From a bacterium (GTDB taxonomy: Bacteria > UBA8248), in contig CBDATS010000015.1 of assembly GCA_965200245.1 (NCBI GenBank), positions 64,001 through 128,000 on the forward strand: a DNA stretch of 64,000 bases. The letters run 5' to 3'. The notes beneath the pieces were generated by a model that saw only the letters and a list, made by a program, of their open reading frames with translations, was not told the origin of the DNA and searched no databases. Made by a program: the position numbers and the translations under genes. Shown piece after piece: positions 51,157 to 61,709 of the stretch. How positions within the stretch are numbered: the first letter of the stretch is position 1; the number at the start of each line of letters is the position of its first letter.

Positions 51157-51716
51157 TGATCGAGATGAAAGTCAAGGGTCTCACGCTTGACCCGCACACC
51201 AACGTGCCGATTGTGGTGTTGCGCGAGACCGAAGGAGATCGGGCGCTGCCTATCTGGGTGGGTATTTTCGAGGCGCACGCCATTGCGCGCGAGATTGAGA
51301 ACTTCGAGACACCGCGCCCGATGACCCACGATCTAATCAAGAACATGATCAACGATCTCAATGGCCGGGTGGACAAGATTCTCATCAACGATCTGCGGGA
51401 TAACACTTTTTTCGCCGAAATTCATCTCTCCCTGAACACATCGGAAGTCGTCGTTGACTCGAGGCCATCTGACGCCATCGCCGTGGCCCTGCGCATGAGG
51501 AGCCCGATTTACGTCGAGGAGAAGGTGCTCGAGGAAGCGAAGAGTATTCAGTTCAACGAAGAGGAAATGAAAGAAGGCGTCTCCGGCGTGGAGGTTGGTA
51601 GTGGGGAAGACGCTCCCCCCGAACAGGAAAAATCGCTCGAGGACGAACCCGAGGACATCAAGGAATGGCTCAAGGACTTGAGGCCCGACGATTTCCTCAA
51701 AGAGGATAACAACTAA
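51153..51716 (+). CDS. Bifunctional nuclease (DUF151) family
   Basis: LPIWVGIFEA, PRPMTHDL, DSRPSDAIA. Confidence 0.93.
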   Translation: MMIEMKVKGLTLDPHTNVPIVVLRETEGDRALPIWVGIFEAHAIAREIENFETPRPMTHDLIKNMINDLNGRVDKILINDLRDNTFFAEIHLSLNTSEVVVDSRPSDAIAVALRMRSPIYVEEKVLEEAKSIQFNEEEMKEGVSGVEVGSGEDAPPEQEKSLEDEPEDIKEWLKDLRPDDFLKEDNN

Positions 51717-51750
51717 GGAGACGCTCGCCCGGGCGTCGGCCCACCGGAGT

Positions 51751-52407
51751 TTGACCGCTTTGCTTCTCTATCTCTTGCGACACGGCGAGACGGACTGGAA
51801 CGTCGAGCAGCGCATACAGGGTGTATCCGACACCGCGCTCAACGAAGTGGGTGTCGCTCAGGCCGAGGCGCTCGCGTGCGCGTTGCGTGGACGTCCCATC
51901 GTCTGCGTCTACACGAGTCCACTGAAGCGTGCCAGGCGCACTGCCGAGTTTGTCGCGCAAGCCGTGGACGCGCAACTCCGCGAGGAGGCGGGCATCGCCG
52001 AGTTGAACCAGGGCGAACTGGAGGGAGAACCCTTTCGCCGCCTTCCCGAGACGCATCCGGATTTCATGTATCTGTGGCGGAACCATCCCGCCCGTGTGCG
52101 CATGCCGGGTGGCGAGACTCTCTCGGAACTGCAGGATAGGGCATGGGCCGCAATGGAACGTCTCCTTGCGGCCCATGATGAAGAAGTCATCGCCGCGGTG
52201 AGCCACAATCTGGCGATCATCATGATCCTGTGCAGGATTCTGGGCGTGGACCTCGACGGCTTCCGGCGGATACGGCAGCATAACGCCGCCATGAATATAA
52301 TTGAGCATACGCCTGAGAGGGGCTGGAGCGTCGTGACGATGAACTCCCTGGCGCATCTGCAGGACGCGCCCGTATCAGAGCGGAATCCGTATCAGCCCTA
52401 TATTTAG
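51751..52407 (+). CDS. Histidine phosphatase family protein
   Basis: LRHGETDWN, SPLKRARRTA, GGET, VSH. Confidence 0.92.
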   Translation: MTALLLYLLRHGETDWNVEQRIQGVSDTALNEVGVAQAEALACALRGRPIVCVYTSPLKRARRTAEFVAQAVDAQLREEAGIAELNQGELEGEPFRRLPETHPDFMYLWRNHPARVRMPGGETLSELQDRAWAAMERLLAAHDEEVIAAVSHNLAIIMILCRILGVDLDGFRRIRQHNAAMNIIEHTPERGWSVVTMNSLAHLQDAPVSERNPYQPYI

Positions 52408-52435
52408 TATTGAGGTCATGCAGGGGACGATCGGC

Positions 52436-52627
52436 TCAGTCGTAATCCTTGCCTTCGGAGTCCGAGACATTGCGGTAGTAGTCCTGAATGTCGTCAACGA
52501 GGTGGTCGACCTCGGTTTTTGGTTTTTCCTGCTTCGATGCCATATAGCGGTGCAGTAGATAGAAGGCGATGAAGCCCAGAAAAAAGCCCGGTGCCGCTCC
52601 GTCGACAAATGTCTGGTATCCGCCCAT
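52436..52627 (-). CDS. Small single-TM hypothetical protein
   Basis: Hydrophobic FFLGFIAFYLL followed by a charged tail; fills an intergenic gap. Confidence 0.4.
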   Translation of the reverse strand: MGGYQTFVDGAAPGFFLGFIAFYLLHRYMASKQEKPKTEVDHLVDDIQDYYRNVSDSEGKDYD

Positions 52628-52784
52628 CAGAACGCTCCAGATTGGGATGTCCGTGTATGCTTCACCATATCGTTACGCGCGTTCGCATGTCAACCGAATT
52701 AGTTGTTGGGCCGTTTCGTCAGGAAGCGTTAAGGTGTGGAAATGCAGCGATGATGAAGAACCTCATCCGAAGTGAGGATTATCC

Positions 52785-54917
52785 ATGAGCGAAAAAAAGC
52801 CCAGGACGTACACTCTCGAGAGGCCCTTACCTTCGCCCGCGCGGCGCAAGGCGTATGAGGAGAAGTTAAACCCCCGGCAATTGGAGGTTGTGATGGTGGG
52901 TGGGGGGCCGCTGCTGGTGATCGCGGGCGCTGGAAGCGGGAAGACGCACACCATTACCTATCGCCTTGCGCGCCTGGTGGAAGAGGGTATCGCACCCGAA
53001 TCCATCCTCCTTGTAACTTTCACGAACAAGGCCGCGCGCGAGATGCTTCACCGGGCCGCCTCGCTCATACAGATAGACGCGCGGCGCGTCTGGGGCGGCA
53101 CGTTCCACCACGTGGGGAATTTAATCTTGCGGCGGTACAGTAATCTCATCGGATATGATCCTGCCTTCACTATTCTGGACAGGGAGGACTCGGCCGATCT
53201 CGTGACCGAGTGTATCCGTCTCGCCGGACTCGACCCGAAAGAGAAGTATTTCCCGACGGGCCGCGTTCTCGAGTCGATTTTCTCCCTCGCTGCCGATATT
53301 AACAGAAGTGTCGCGGATACGGTGCTGCACCGCTATTCATACCTGGCGGATCGCCTGGGAGAAATAGAAGCAATCGCTGTCCAGTACGAGAAGCGCAAGA
53401 AAGAACTTCAGGCGGTGGATTTCTCGGGTCTTCTCTCACTCACGCGGAATCTGCTCGCTGAAAACGAGGAGGTGCGCAGGGAACTCCAGGCGCGGTTTCG
53501 CTACGTCCTTGTGGATGAATACCAGGACACGAACAAGGTGCAGGCCGACCTTGTTGACTTCCTGGCGGGAGATCGGAAAAACGTCATGGTGGTAGGCGAC
53601 GATGCGCAGAGTATCTACAGCTTCCGGGGGGCGCATTTCGAGAACATCATAACTTTTCCCGAACGCTATCCGGATGCCAGACTCTTTCGTCTGGAAGAGA
53701 ACTACAGGAGCACGGTCAACATCCTGGCGCTTGCCAACGCTTCCATCTCCCACAACAAGCGCCAGTTTGAAAAAAATCTAAGGACTTCTCGCGGTGAGGG
53801 GATGAAGCCCGCCCTCGTGGCCGCGCGCGACGCCATGCAGCAGGCGGACTTCGTGGTCGACCGAACGCTCGCGCTGCGCGATGAGGATGAGGTTCCACTC
53901 TCTCAAATTGCAGTGCTCTACCGTGCACATTATCACTCGATGGAGCTTCAGATGGAACTCACCCGTCGGGGAATTCCCTTCGAGATCAGGAGCGGACTGC
54001 GCTTTTTCGAGCAGCGCCACATCAAGGACGTGACGGCTTTCTTGAGACTCGTGAGTTCCCCTGCGGACGAGTTGGCCTGGAAGCGCGCGTTGAAGCTTCT
54101 GCCCGGCGTGGGGGACGTTACGGCACGCCGGGTGTGGGAGCAGGTGAGGATGTATGAAGAGCCATTCTCTTTTCTCGCGAGCAGTGAGGTGGATTTCATC
54201 CCCGGAACCGCGCGCAAGGGTTTTGAGACTTTCAGAAAGCTGATTGTCGATCTCACGGGTACGCCCTGTGCCGCCGGGGATGAAAAATCCGCCGTCCCAC
54301 CAACGGAAATGATAAATCTCGTGCTGGATAGGTTCTATCAGGACTATGTCGAGAACACCCTGGAGGATGCGCCGGCGCGCATCGAGGATGTGCGCCAACT
54401 CGCGGAATACGCGATGCAGTACGACGGGGCGACGGCGTTTCTCTCGGAGCTGGCGCTTATGGGAACAGCCGCTGCAGCAGGCCCCGTGACCCCGGGCGAG
54501 CAGGACGAGCCGGATGAGGCAATGATCCTGACCTCGGTTCACCAGGCGAAGGGTCTGGAGTGGAAGGTGGTTTTTCTTATCTGGCTCACCGACACGCATT
54601 TCCCCTTGACGCGGGCCCTGAAGGACCCCGAGGGCGAGGAAGAGGAAAGGAGGCTTTTCTATGTCGCTCTCACGCGGGCGAAGGATGAACTCTACATGTG
54701 CCAGCCCATGCTCGAGAGCGAGAAATGGAATATGGGGGCGTTCTCCCGGCTTTCGAGATACGTGGAGGAATTGCCGGACGAGCTTTATGAGCGCTGGCTA
54801 CTGGAAGAGGAAACGATAGAGACGCCGCAGGATGAAAGAGCCCCCGAGCCTGCTTCTCGCCTCGCAGATCCTGATGAGCCAGACGGACTGCGTTATGAAT
54901 ATGACGAGAGCGTTTGA
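52785..54917 (+). CDS. UvrD/PcrA-family ATP-dependent helicase
   Basis: AGAGSGKT, TFTNKAA, VDEYQD, VGDDAQSIY, NYRST, HQAKGLEW, EERRLFYVALTRA. Confidence 0.95.
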   Translation: MSEKKPRTYTLERPLPSPARRKAYEEKLNPRQLEVVMVGGGPLLVIAGAGSGKTHTITYRLARLVEEGIAPESILLVTFTNKAAREMLHRAASLIQIDARRVWGGTFHHVGNLILRRYSNLIGYDPAFTILDREDSADLVTECIRLAGLDPKEKYFPTGRVLESIFSLAADINRSVADTVLHRYSYLADRLGEIEAIAVQYEKRKKELQAVDFSGLLSLTRNLLAENEEVRRELQARFRYVLVDEYQDTNKVQADLVDFLAGDRKNVMVVGDDAQSIYSFRGAHFENIITFPERYPDARLFRLEENYRSTVNILALANASISHNKRQFEKNLRTSRGEGMKPALVAARDAMQQADFVVDRTLALRDEDEVPLSQIAVLYRAHYHSMELQMELTRRGIPFEIRSGLRFFEQRHIKDVTAFLRLVSSPADELAWKRALKLLPGVGDVTARRVWEQVRMYEEPFSFLASSEVDFIPGTARKGFETFRKLIVDLTGTPCAAGDEKSAVPPTEMINLVLDRFYQDYVENTLEDAPARIEDVRQLAEYAMQYDGATAFLSELALMGTAAAAGPVTPGEQDEPDEAMILTSVHQAKGLEWKVVFLIWLTDTHFPLTRALKDPEGEEEERRLFYVALTRAKDELYMCQPMLESEKWNMGAFSRLSRYVEELPDELYERWLLEEETIETPQDERAPEPASRLADPDEPDGLRYEYDESV

Positions 54918-55050
54918 GCGCTTGTTCGCCGCCGCCCCTTCGCGCTATGATTTTTCGGTGAATTCCATGAAGTTGTAGAGGTTCTTCCATGAGGGAGTCT
55001 TTTGTGAAAGGCCTCGTACCGGATTGTGATTCACCATAATCAATGGAGGT

Positions 55051-55863
55051 ATGAAATACGTGCCCGAAATAAAACAATATGCCCCGGGGAGTTTCTGCTG
55101 GGCTGACTTGGTGGCAAAAGAGTTGGGCGTCGCCAGGGATTTCTACACCTCGCTGTTCGATTGGACGTTTGAGGATCGACCCATGACGGACGAGTCGGTC
55201 TACACCATATTCTCGAAAGACAGAAACCAGGTCTGTGCCATGTTCGAGATGTTTCCAGGCATGCTCGAGAGTGGCCACCCATCCTTCTGGCAAAGCTACG
55301 TGGCGGTCGAGAGCGTGGATGAGACCGTGAAAAAAACTGTGGAACTCGGCGGCCAAATCCCCCATGAACCGTGCGACGTGTTCGATGCGGGCCGCATGGC
55401 GATGATTCGCGACCCGGGAGAGGCTTTCCTTTGTCTCTGGCAGCCGAAAGCGCACAAGGGGGCCGACGTCATGGGCGAGCCGGGCGCGCTCATCTGGAAC
55501 GAACTCATCACCAAGGATGTAGATCGCACGGGCGCCTTCTACGGCGAACTGTTCGGCTGGAAGAGTGTCGTTACGCCGAGTCCCTCGGGTGGGGATTACA
55601 CAGTGTTCATGAGTGGGGAGGAGCCGCGCGCGGGCATGCTCGAACTCACTCCCGACATGGGCGGAATGCCCCCACACTGGGGGGTGTATTTTCAGGTTGA
55701 AAGCCTCGACGCCGCGCTCGATAAGGCGAAGCGCCTGGGCGGGCAGGACACGTTCCCGCCGATGGAGGTTCCCGACGTGGGGAGATTCGGCGGAATCATG
55801 GACCCGCAGGGGGCGTGTTTCACGGCGATGGAACCGATGGGTTCTGGAGATTGTTCCCTTTGA
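55051..55863 (+). CDS. VOC/glyoxalase family protein (two-domain)
   Basis: GSFCWADL, FYTSLFDW, GRMAMIRDP; duplicated module. Confidence 0.92.
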   Translation: MKYVPEIKQYAPGSFCWADLVAKELGVARDFYTSLFDWTFEDRPMTDESVYTIFSKDRNQVCAMFEMFPGMLESGHPSFWQSYVAVESVDETVKKTVELGGQIPHEPCDVFDAGRMAMIRDPGEAFLCLWQPKAHKGADVMGEPGALIWNELITKDVDRTGAFYGELFGWKSVVTPSPSGGDYTVFMSGEEPRAGMLELTPDMGGMPPHWGVYFQVESLDAALDKAKRLGGQDTFPPMEVPDVGRFGGIMDPQGACFTAMEPMGSGDCSL

Positions 55864-55902
55864 AGCCGTTTTCGGCTTGTTTCGACAGGAGCATGGATAC
55901 GT

Positions 55903-56547
55903 ATGAAATACAAAACCATCGACCCCGCCGATAACCACTGGCGACAGAACTACCGCTTGCTCGTCGGCTCCGTTGTGCCGAGGCCCATCGCTTGGGTGAG
56001 CACCATCAGCGCGGACGGCTACGCCAACCTTGCGCCCTTCAGCTTCTTCACCTGCGTGGGTCACGACCCACCCCTGCTCTCGATATCGGTGGGCGTGCGC
56101 GAGAAGTCCTATAAGGATACGGCACGCAACATCATGGAGACGCAAGGTTACGTCATCCACACGGTGGTGGATGGGCTGGAGGAGCAGATGAACATCTGCG
56201 CGGACGACTTCCCCTTTGAGGTGAGCGAGTTCGAGGAAGCGGGCTTGACGCCGATAGTCTCGGACCTCGTGAAGGCGCCTCGTATCGCCGAAGCCCCCGT
56301 AGCCATGGAGTGTCAGTTCCGCCACCTCATCACGAACGGGCGCGAACACCTGACGAACGTCATCATCGGCGAGGTGGTGCGCTGGCACGTGCGCGAGGAC
56401 GTGATGATTGAGGAGGGGAAATACATCGACCCCGTACTGCTCCGGCCCGTGGGCAGGCTCGCGGGCAACGGATACTGCCGTTCGCACGACGTGTTCGATA
56501 TGCAGCGGCCCGATAGGAAGGCGACACAGTTCAGCCCGAAAGGATGA
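55903..56547 (+). CDS. Flavin reductase-like protein
   Basis: VVPRPIAWVST, NLAPFSFF, KDTARNI, VGRLAG. Confidence 0.92.
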   Translation: MKYKTIDPADNHWRQNYRLLVGSVVPRPIAWVSTISADGYANLAPFSFFTCVGHDPPLLSISVGVREKSYKDTARNIMETQGYVIHTVVDGLEEQMNICADDFPFEVSEFEEAGLTPIVSDLVKAPRIAEAPVAMECQFRHLITNGREHLTNVIIGEVVRWHVREDVMIEEGKYIDPVLLRPVGRLAGNGYCRSHDVFDMQRPDRKATQFSPKG

Positions 56548-56591
56548 ACCGGAATGATATTATATCCTCTTAAGCGAAGGAGAGGAATCAG

Positions 56592-57662
56592 ATGAGTGAT
56601 ATTCCTGAAACCATGAAGGCCGCCGTGACCCACGGCGCGCACGAAGTGCGGATCGAACAGATTCCCGTGCCCGACTACGAACCCGGCCAGGTGCTGGTGA
56701 AGGTAGCCGCTTGCGGCATCTGCGGCACGGATATCCATATCTACGAGGGACATATGCGTCCCATGTGGCCGCCCTATTATCCTTTCGTCTAGGGACATGA
56801 ATGGGCGGGGGAGGTGGCCGCTATCGGGAGCGGAGTGCGAACTGACCTGGAAGTGGGCGATCGCGTCATCATGGAGCCGACCATCGGCTGCGGGTCATGC
56901 ACCACCTGCGTCCGGGGCGACTACCACATATGTGAGAACGCTGCGAAGCCCGACGGTGGCTACAAGCTCCTTGGCCACACGGCGAATGGCGCGTTCAGCG
57001 AGTACGGCGTTGCACCTCCGAACAACCTCCACCAGATGCCCGATTCCCTGAAATGGGAGGATGCGGTGATAGTGAACCAGGTTGTCATCGCGCTCCATGC
57101 CATCGAGCGCGCGGGCATCGAACCCGCCGACACCGTGGCGATCCTAGGACCCGGCTTGCTGGGCCTCTCCGTGCTGCAACTCGTGAAGATGATGGGCGCA
57201 TCCAGGATATTCATCACTGGGCGCGGCTACCGGCTCGCAATTGCGGAGGATTTGGGCGCCGACCGCACCATCGACATTACGAAAGAAGATCCCGTCGAAG
57301 TCGTACGGAGCGAAACGGACGGCCGCGGGGTGGATCTCGTCATCGAGTGCGCAGGACCGCCCGAGACGATGCGGCAGGCAGTGGACATGGCCCGGAGAGG
57401 CGGGCGCGTGGTGCTGGAGGGTATCAACGGCGGTCAGGAGGTGTCCTTGAACACGGATCGCATCGTGTTGGATGAGATAGCCATTTTCGGTGGTCGCGGG
57501 TCGCCCAACTGCTATCCGAGAGCGATCCAGATTATCGCCGACGGTCACATCGCCACCGACAAGATGCTCACGCACTCGTTTGCGCTCGATGACTTCAATG
57601 AGGCGATGCGCATGTTCAAGGCGAGAGAGGACGGCGTGATGCGCGTGATGCTCATGCCCTAG
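56592..57662 (+). pseudogene. Zn-dependent dehydrogenase interrupted by one in-frame TAG
   Basis: GICGTD...YPFV-TAG(56790-56792)-GHEWAGEV; both ORFs share one frame. Confidence 0.85.
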
Positions 57663-57735
57663 CATTGTTGAGGAATTCGCAGCAGCGCTTGATACGCTCG
57701 GAGCCAAGCCCGGCTTCGGCGAGGGGGAAATTCCG

Positions 57736-58785
57736 ATGTCCCGAAAACTCCTGCCTACCACCGTCGTGGGCAGCTACACACAGCCGGAATGGCTCATCGA
57801 CCGGGAGAACCTCAACACACGTCTCCCTCCGCGCGTGCGCGTGCAGGAGTTGTGGCGCATCGCGTCCGAGTTCCTTGAAGCCGCGCAGGATGACGCCACC
57901 CTCCTTGCCATACGTGACATGGAGCGAGCGGGAATCGATATCATTTCGGACGGCGAGGTGCGCCGTGAGAGTTATTCGAATCGCGTCGCCACGGCCTTGG
58001 GGGGCATCGACACCGAGAACCATGGCTATGCGAAAGACCGCTCGGGTCGGGATAATCCCGTCCCCCGGGTGATTGGCAAAATTCATCGTCCGAGGCCCAT
58101 TGAGGTGAGCGACGTGGAGTTTCTGCGCGCCAACACCGACAGGCAGATCAAGATCACTCTGCCAGGTCCATTTACCATGACGCAGCAGGCGCAGGATGAT
58201 TATTACGGCGGAGATCAGCGCGCAATGGCGCTCGACTACGCCCGAGCGGTGAACGAGGAGGTGAAGGACATGTTCACCGCAGGTGCGGACGTGGTGCAGA
58301 TAGACGAGCCCTATATGCAGGCGCGCGCGGAGATTGCCAGGGAGTTCGCCCTGGAAGTGCTCTCCGAGGCGCTGAAGGGCGTCGAGGGCACGACCGCACT
58401 TCACATGTGTTTCGGCTACGCAGCTATCCACGCCTGGCAGGGATTGGGCAAGCCCGACGCCTATTCCTTCCTGCCGGAATTGAACGAGAGCGACATCGAC
58501 CAGATATCCATCGAGGCGGCCCAGCCGGACATCGACCTCGCTGTGCTGAAGAAGCTACCGAACAAGACTATCATCTTGGGTGTCATCGACAACGGTGACA
58601 ATGAAATTGAATCCCCCGAAACGGTTGCCTCTCGCATCCGGGCGGCGCTTGAGCACGTATCGCCCGAGCGGCTCATCCTCGCGCCTGATTGCGGGATGAA
58701 ATACATGGACCGCGATGTCGCCTTCGGCAAGCTCAAGTCCATGGCCGAGGGTGCGGCTATCGTACGCGAGGAAATTGAGGGATAG
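57736..58785 (+). CDS. Cobalamin-independent methionine synthase II (MetE C-terminal-like) protein
   Basis: TTVVGSY, DGEVRR, QIDEP, HMCFG, APDCG. Confidence 0.9.
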   Translation: MSRKLLPTTVVGSYTQPEWLIDRENLNTRLPPRVRVQELWRIASEFLEAAQDDATLLAIRDMERAGIDIISDGEVRRESYSNRVATALGGIDTENHGYAKDRSGRDNPVPRVIGKIHRPRPIEVSDVEFLRANTDRQIKITLPGPFTMTQQAQDDYYGGDQRAMALDYARAVNEEVKDMFTAGADVVQIDEPYMQARAEIAREFALEVLSEALKGVEGTTALHMCFGYAAIHAWQGLGKPDAYSFLPELNESDIDQISIEAAQPDIDLAVLKKLPNKTIILGVIDNGDNEIESPETVASRIRAALEHVSPERLILAPDCGMKYMDRDVAFGKLKSMAEGAAIVREEIEG

Positions 58786-58879
58786 GGAACAGCAGTATTC
58801 TGGTGGCCTGAGCAACCGGTTTTGGTATCGTGTCCGCAACATCCGCCCATTTGTTGTTATCAGTTCCTCATGACAGCGG

Positions 58880-59737
58880 ATGGCCATGAGCATGAAAGCG
58901 GACGCTCTCAAAGCGAAGCACAATGCCTTTGACAAGAAACCCGGACCGCCGCTCAAATGGGCCGGCGGCAAACGGTGGCTCGTCCCGCGCATACGGGCCT
59001 ATTGGGACCACAACCGCGAGTGCCGCCTCGTCGAACCTTTCTGCGGCGGGCTGGCGGTCGCGCTCGGTCTTTGTCCGGTGCGGGCGCTCTTGAACGATAT
59101 CAACGCCCCACTCATGAATTTTTACGCTTGGCTCAAGAAGGGCCTCTCAAGAGTCCGACTCGACATGCGAAACGACTCTGATCTCTACTACGCCCACAGG
59201 GAGCGGTTCAACGCGCTGCTCATGAGTGGACGAGGACGCAGCAAGGAGGCGGCGGGGTTATTCTATTACTTGAACCGCACGGGCTACAACGGGCTTTGCC
59301 GTTTCAACTCCAGGGGCGAGTTCAATGTCCCCTCCGGACGCTACAGCCATATCAACTACGTGCGGGATTTCACAGTCTACCGGGAGATTTTTGCAGGCTG
59401 GGAGTTTCTGTGTCAGGATTTCGAGACGCTCCCCATCGAGCCTGATGATTTCATCTACGCGGACCCTCCCTATGACGTCGAATTCACCCGATACGCCAAA
59501 GAGGATTTCTCTTGGGCGGACCAGTTGCGACTCGCGGAATTTCTGGCTGCGCACAAAGGCCCCGTGGTGCTCTCGAACCAGGCGACGCCGAGAATCGTGG
59601 CGCTTTATGAGAAAAACGGCTTCATACTTCACTTTCTTGAAGGCCCGCGCCGTATCAGTTGCACGGGTGATCGATCCCCTGCTATGGAGGTATTGGCTGT
59701 GCGGGGGATGGAAAACGAAAAGCTTCGAATCAGTTAG
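58880..59737 (+). CDS. Dam-family (D12 class) N6-adenine DNA methyltransferase
   Basis: LKWAGGK, EPFCGG, LNDIN, YLNRTGYNGL.R.N, YADPPY. Confidence 0.92.
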   Translation: MAMSMKADALKAKHNAFDKKPGPPLKWAGGKRWLVPRIRAYWDHNRECRLVEPFCGGLAVALGLCPVRALLNDINAPLMNFYAWLKKGLSRVRLDMRNDSDLYYAHRERFNALLMSGRGRSKEAAGLFYYLNRTGYNGLCRFNSRGEFNVPSGRYSHINYVRDFTVYREIFAGWEFLCQDFETLPIEPDDFIYADPPYDVEFTRYAKEDFSWADQLRLAEFLAAHKGPVVLSNQATPRIVALYEKNGFILHFLEGPRRISCTGDRSPAMEVLAVRGMENEKLRIS

Positions 59738-59759
59738 TGACTGGTACCCTATATTGGGG

Positions 59760-59954
59760 GGCGGCGGGTCCGGGGAGGGCAAGGTTGTCACCATCACCGG
59801 TGGTTGCGAGACCTGTGACGGCGGGTCGTTCGAACTGGTGTTTCGTGGACCGGTGGTGGATGCACAACAGGTTCGCGAGTGCCGCCGCCTAAGTATCGGC
59901 CACGGCGGAGGTGAAAGTCTAGGTGGCGCGGCTGGAGGGAATGTGGCAAACTGA
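59760..59954 (+). pseudogene. Probable remnant of a DUF499-type ATPase C-terminus
   Basis: KVVTITGGCET.DGGSFELVFRGPVVDAQQVRE resembles recalled DUF499 C-termini; supported by context. Confidence 0.35.
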
Positions 59955-60405
59955 AACGCCCACTTTTGTACCTTGCCAGGAGTTACGAGTGAGGCGTCAT
60001 GGGTCAGCAGATACCGCATACGAAATCTGGGAACTACCTGCGGCTGCCTCACCGCGTGTGATCTGCGCGCAGCGCGTCGCCGGGTTGCAGGGCCATAATC
60101 ACGAACTAGTGGAGCATAGGGTGCTCTGAAGGTTCTCGCAAGCCGGGATAAAACCTGTATAGCGCGTCGATGGGACGAAGCGAGGCCATGCACTGATCGA
60201 GGACCTTGCGCTAGTGTCGGGACTTCTGTTCCGCACACTGGCCCACGATAATATAAGGGTGGTAGCGGAAGGAATCGAGGTGATGACTTGCGAGAAGGCC
60301 GCTTACTGGATCGGCATGGCGACGCACCGTAAGCATCCCCGCTGGGTGCTGACCGTATTGCGGGTTCTCCTCACGGAGCCGAGAGCGAAGGAGTTTCGCT
60401 CGTGA
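59941..60405 (+). pseudogene. Small accessory gene of DUF499/DUF1156 operons, with two in-frame stops
   Basis: One frame: ELRVRRHG...YEIWELP...VEHRVL*(60127)...*(60160)...EDLALVSGLLFRTLA...AAYWIGMATHRKHPR. Confidence 0.6.
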
Positions 60406-61709
60406 AATTGAAATCTGTACACATCGAAAATTTCCGCGCGATCGAGGAATTGCGGCTGTCGCTCGATTCGCAACTGACGGTTCTTCACGGCGACAATGCC
60501 CATGGCAAGACAAGCGTTCTACGCGCGATTGCGCTCGGTTTGGGTGCGGTACCGATGTTGCTACCCGATGTATCGGGAATCGGCTTCTCGAAAAAGGACC
60601 AGCGTGAGGGAAAAGGTACCAGAGTTTCGCTGACCACAACTGAAGAGATTTGTTGGGAACGAACTTCCGGATTAAAACGAAAAACGGGATGGTTTTTGAG
60701 GAAGGACAAGAACGAGGAACCACCCCGTCACCCCTTGAGAGTTCTCAAGCAATGGCTGGAAAGCAATGCGCTGAAAGCCTGGGGCACCCCGGTAGATATT
60801 CCGATCTTGACCTTCTATGACACGGAAAGGGCTGTTTCAAACCTGACAAAACCGCGTGGTCTCCCGAAGAGCTCGCCGTCACGCTATGCCGCGCTTGCGG
60901 GTGCACTCTCCGCAAGGACCAGCTTCCGAGAACTGTTCGAATGGTTCTATTCAAAGGAAAATGAAGAACTGAGGGAGCAGCGGGAACGGCGAGACCATGA
61001 TTACCGAATAAAGGAACTGTCTGTCGTCCGTACAGCGATTTCATCGATGATCCAAGGCGTTACTGAGCCGCATGTCGAACTTCGTCCACTTCGATTTGTG
61101 GTGTCCGAAAGGCTGAATGGAGAATCTCCTGTGAAGCGGACTCTCGATCAGCTAAGTGGCGGCTATCAGGCCGTGCTTGCACTGGCCGCGGATCTTGCCT
61201 GGAGAATGGCGCAAGGCAACCCGGATCGAGAAAATCCGCTCGAATCCGAGGCGATCGCTTTAATCGACGAGATTGAGTTGCATCTGCATCCATCCTGGCA
61301 GCAACGGATTTTGGGAGACTTGGTGCGTACCTTTCCGAATACCCAGTTTATTGTCTCGACACATAGCCCTCAGATATTGACGACTGTTCAGCCGCACCAG
61401 ATCGTGGAATTGTATAGGGAAAATAATCGTATATTTACGCGGCAAGTGACGGAGGCAACCTTTGGAGCTATGGCCGGTGGTGTCCTGTCGACTGTAATGG
61501 GCGTCCAGGAACGTCCTAGTGCCAACACATTCGTAAAGACTTTGGAATGTTACACAAGTTTTGTGCGTGATGGCCGTGGTGAGTGCGAGGAGGCCCTGTT
61601 GTTGCGGCGGAAACTTGAAGACCTGTCTCCCCGTGACCCAGCACTTGACAGAGCCGATATTGAAATCAGGCGGCAACAGCTCATGAGGAAGATGGGAAAA
61701 CAGGAGTGA
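60402..61709 (+). CDS. AAA/ABC-type ATPase, PtuA-like (Septu / retron I-A effector type)
   Basis: IENFRAI, GDNAHGKT, QLSGGYQ, LIDEIELHLHPSWQQRI, FPNTQFIVSTHSPQ. Confidence 0.88.
   Translation: MKLKSVHIENFRAIEELRLSLDSQLTVLHGDNAHGKTSVLRAIALGLGAVPMLLPDVSGIGFSKKDQREGKGTRVSLTTTEEICWERTSGLKRKTGWFLRKDKNEEPPRHPLRVLKQWLESNALKAWGTPVDIPILTFYDTERAVSNLTKPRGLPKSSPSRYAALAGALSARTSFRELFEWFYSKENEELREQRERRDHDYRIKELSVVRTAISSMIQGVTEPHVELRPLRFVVSERLNGESPVKRTLDQLSGGYQAVLALAADLAWRMAQGNPDRENPLESEAIALIDEIELHLHPSWQQRILGDLVRTFPNTQFIVSTHSPQILTTVQPHQIVELYRENNRIFTRQVTEATFGAMAGGVLSTVMGVQERPSANTFVKTLECYTSFVRDGRGECEEALLLRRKLEDLSPRDPALDRADIEIRRQQLMRKMGKQE

Noticed and set aside
54670-56487. 605-aa minus-strand ORF (similar long ORFs at 3668-5023, 7254-8561, 20381-21481, 41771-43255, 49714-51099)
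   Set aside because: Antisense shadows of well-supported genes in GC-rich DNA; no recognisable motifs
59740-60400. Possible retron msr/msd ncRNA or reverse transcriptase upstream of the ATPase-HNH pair
   Set aside because: No RT (YADD-type) ORF or long flanking inverted repeats; the region is better explained as decayed coding DNA
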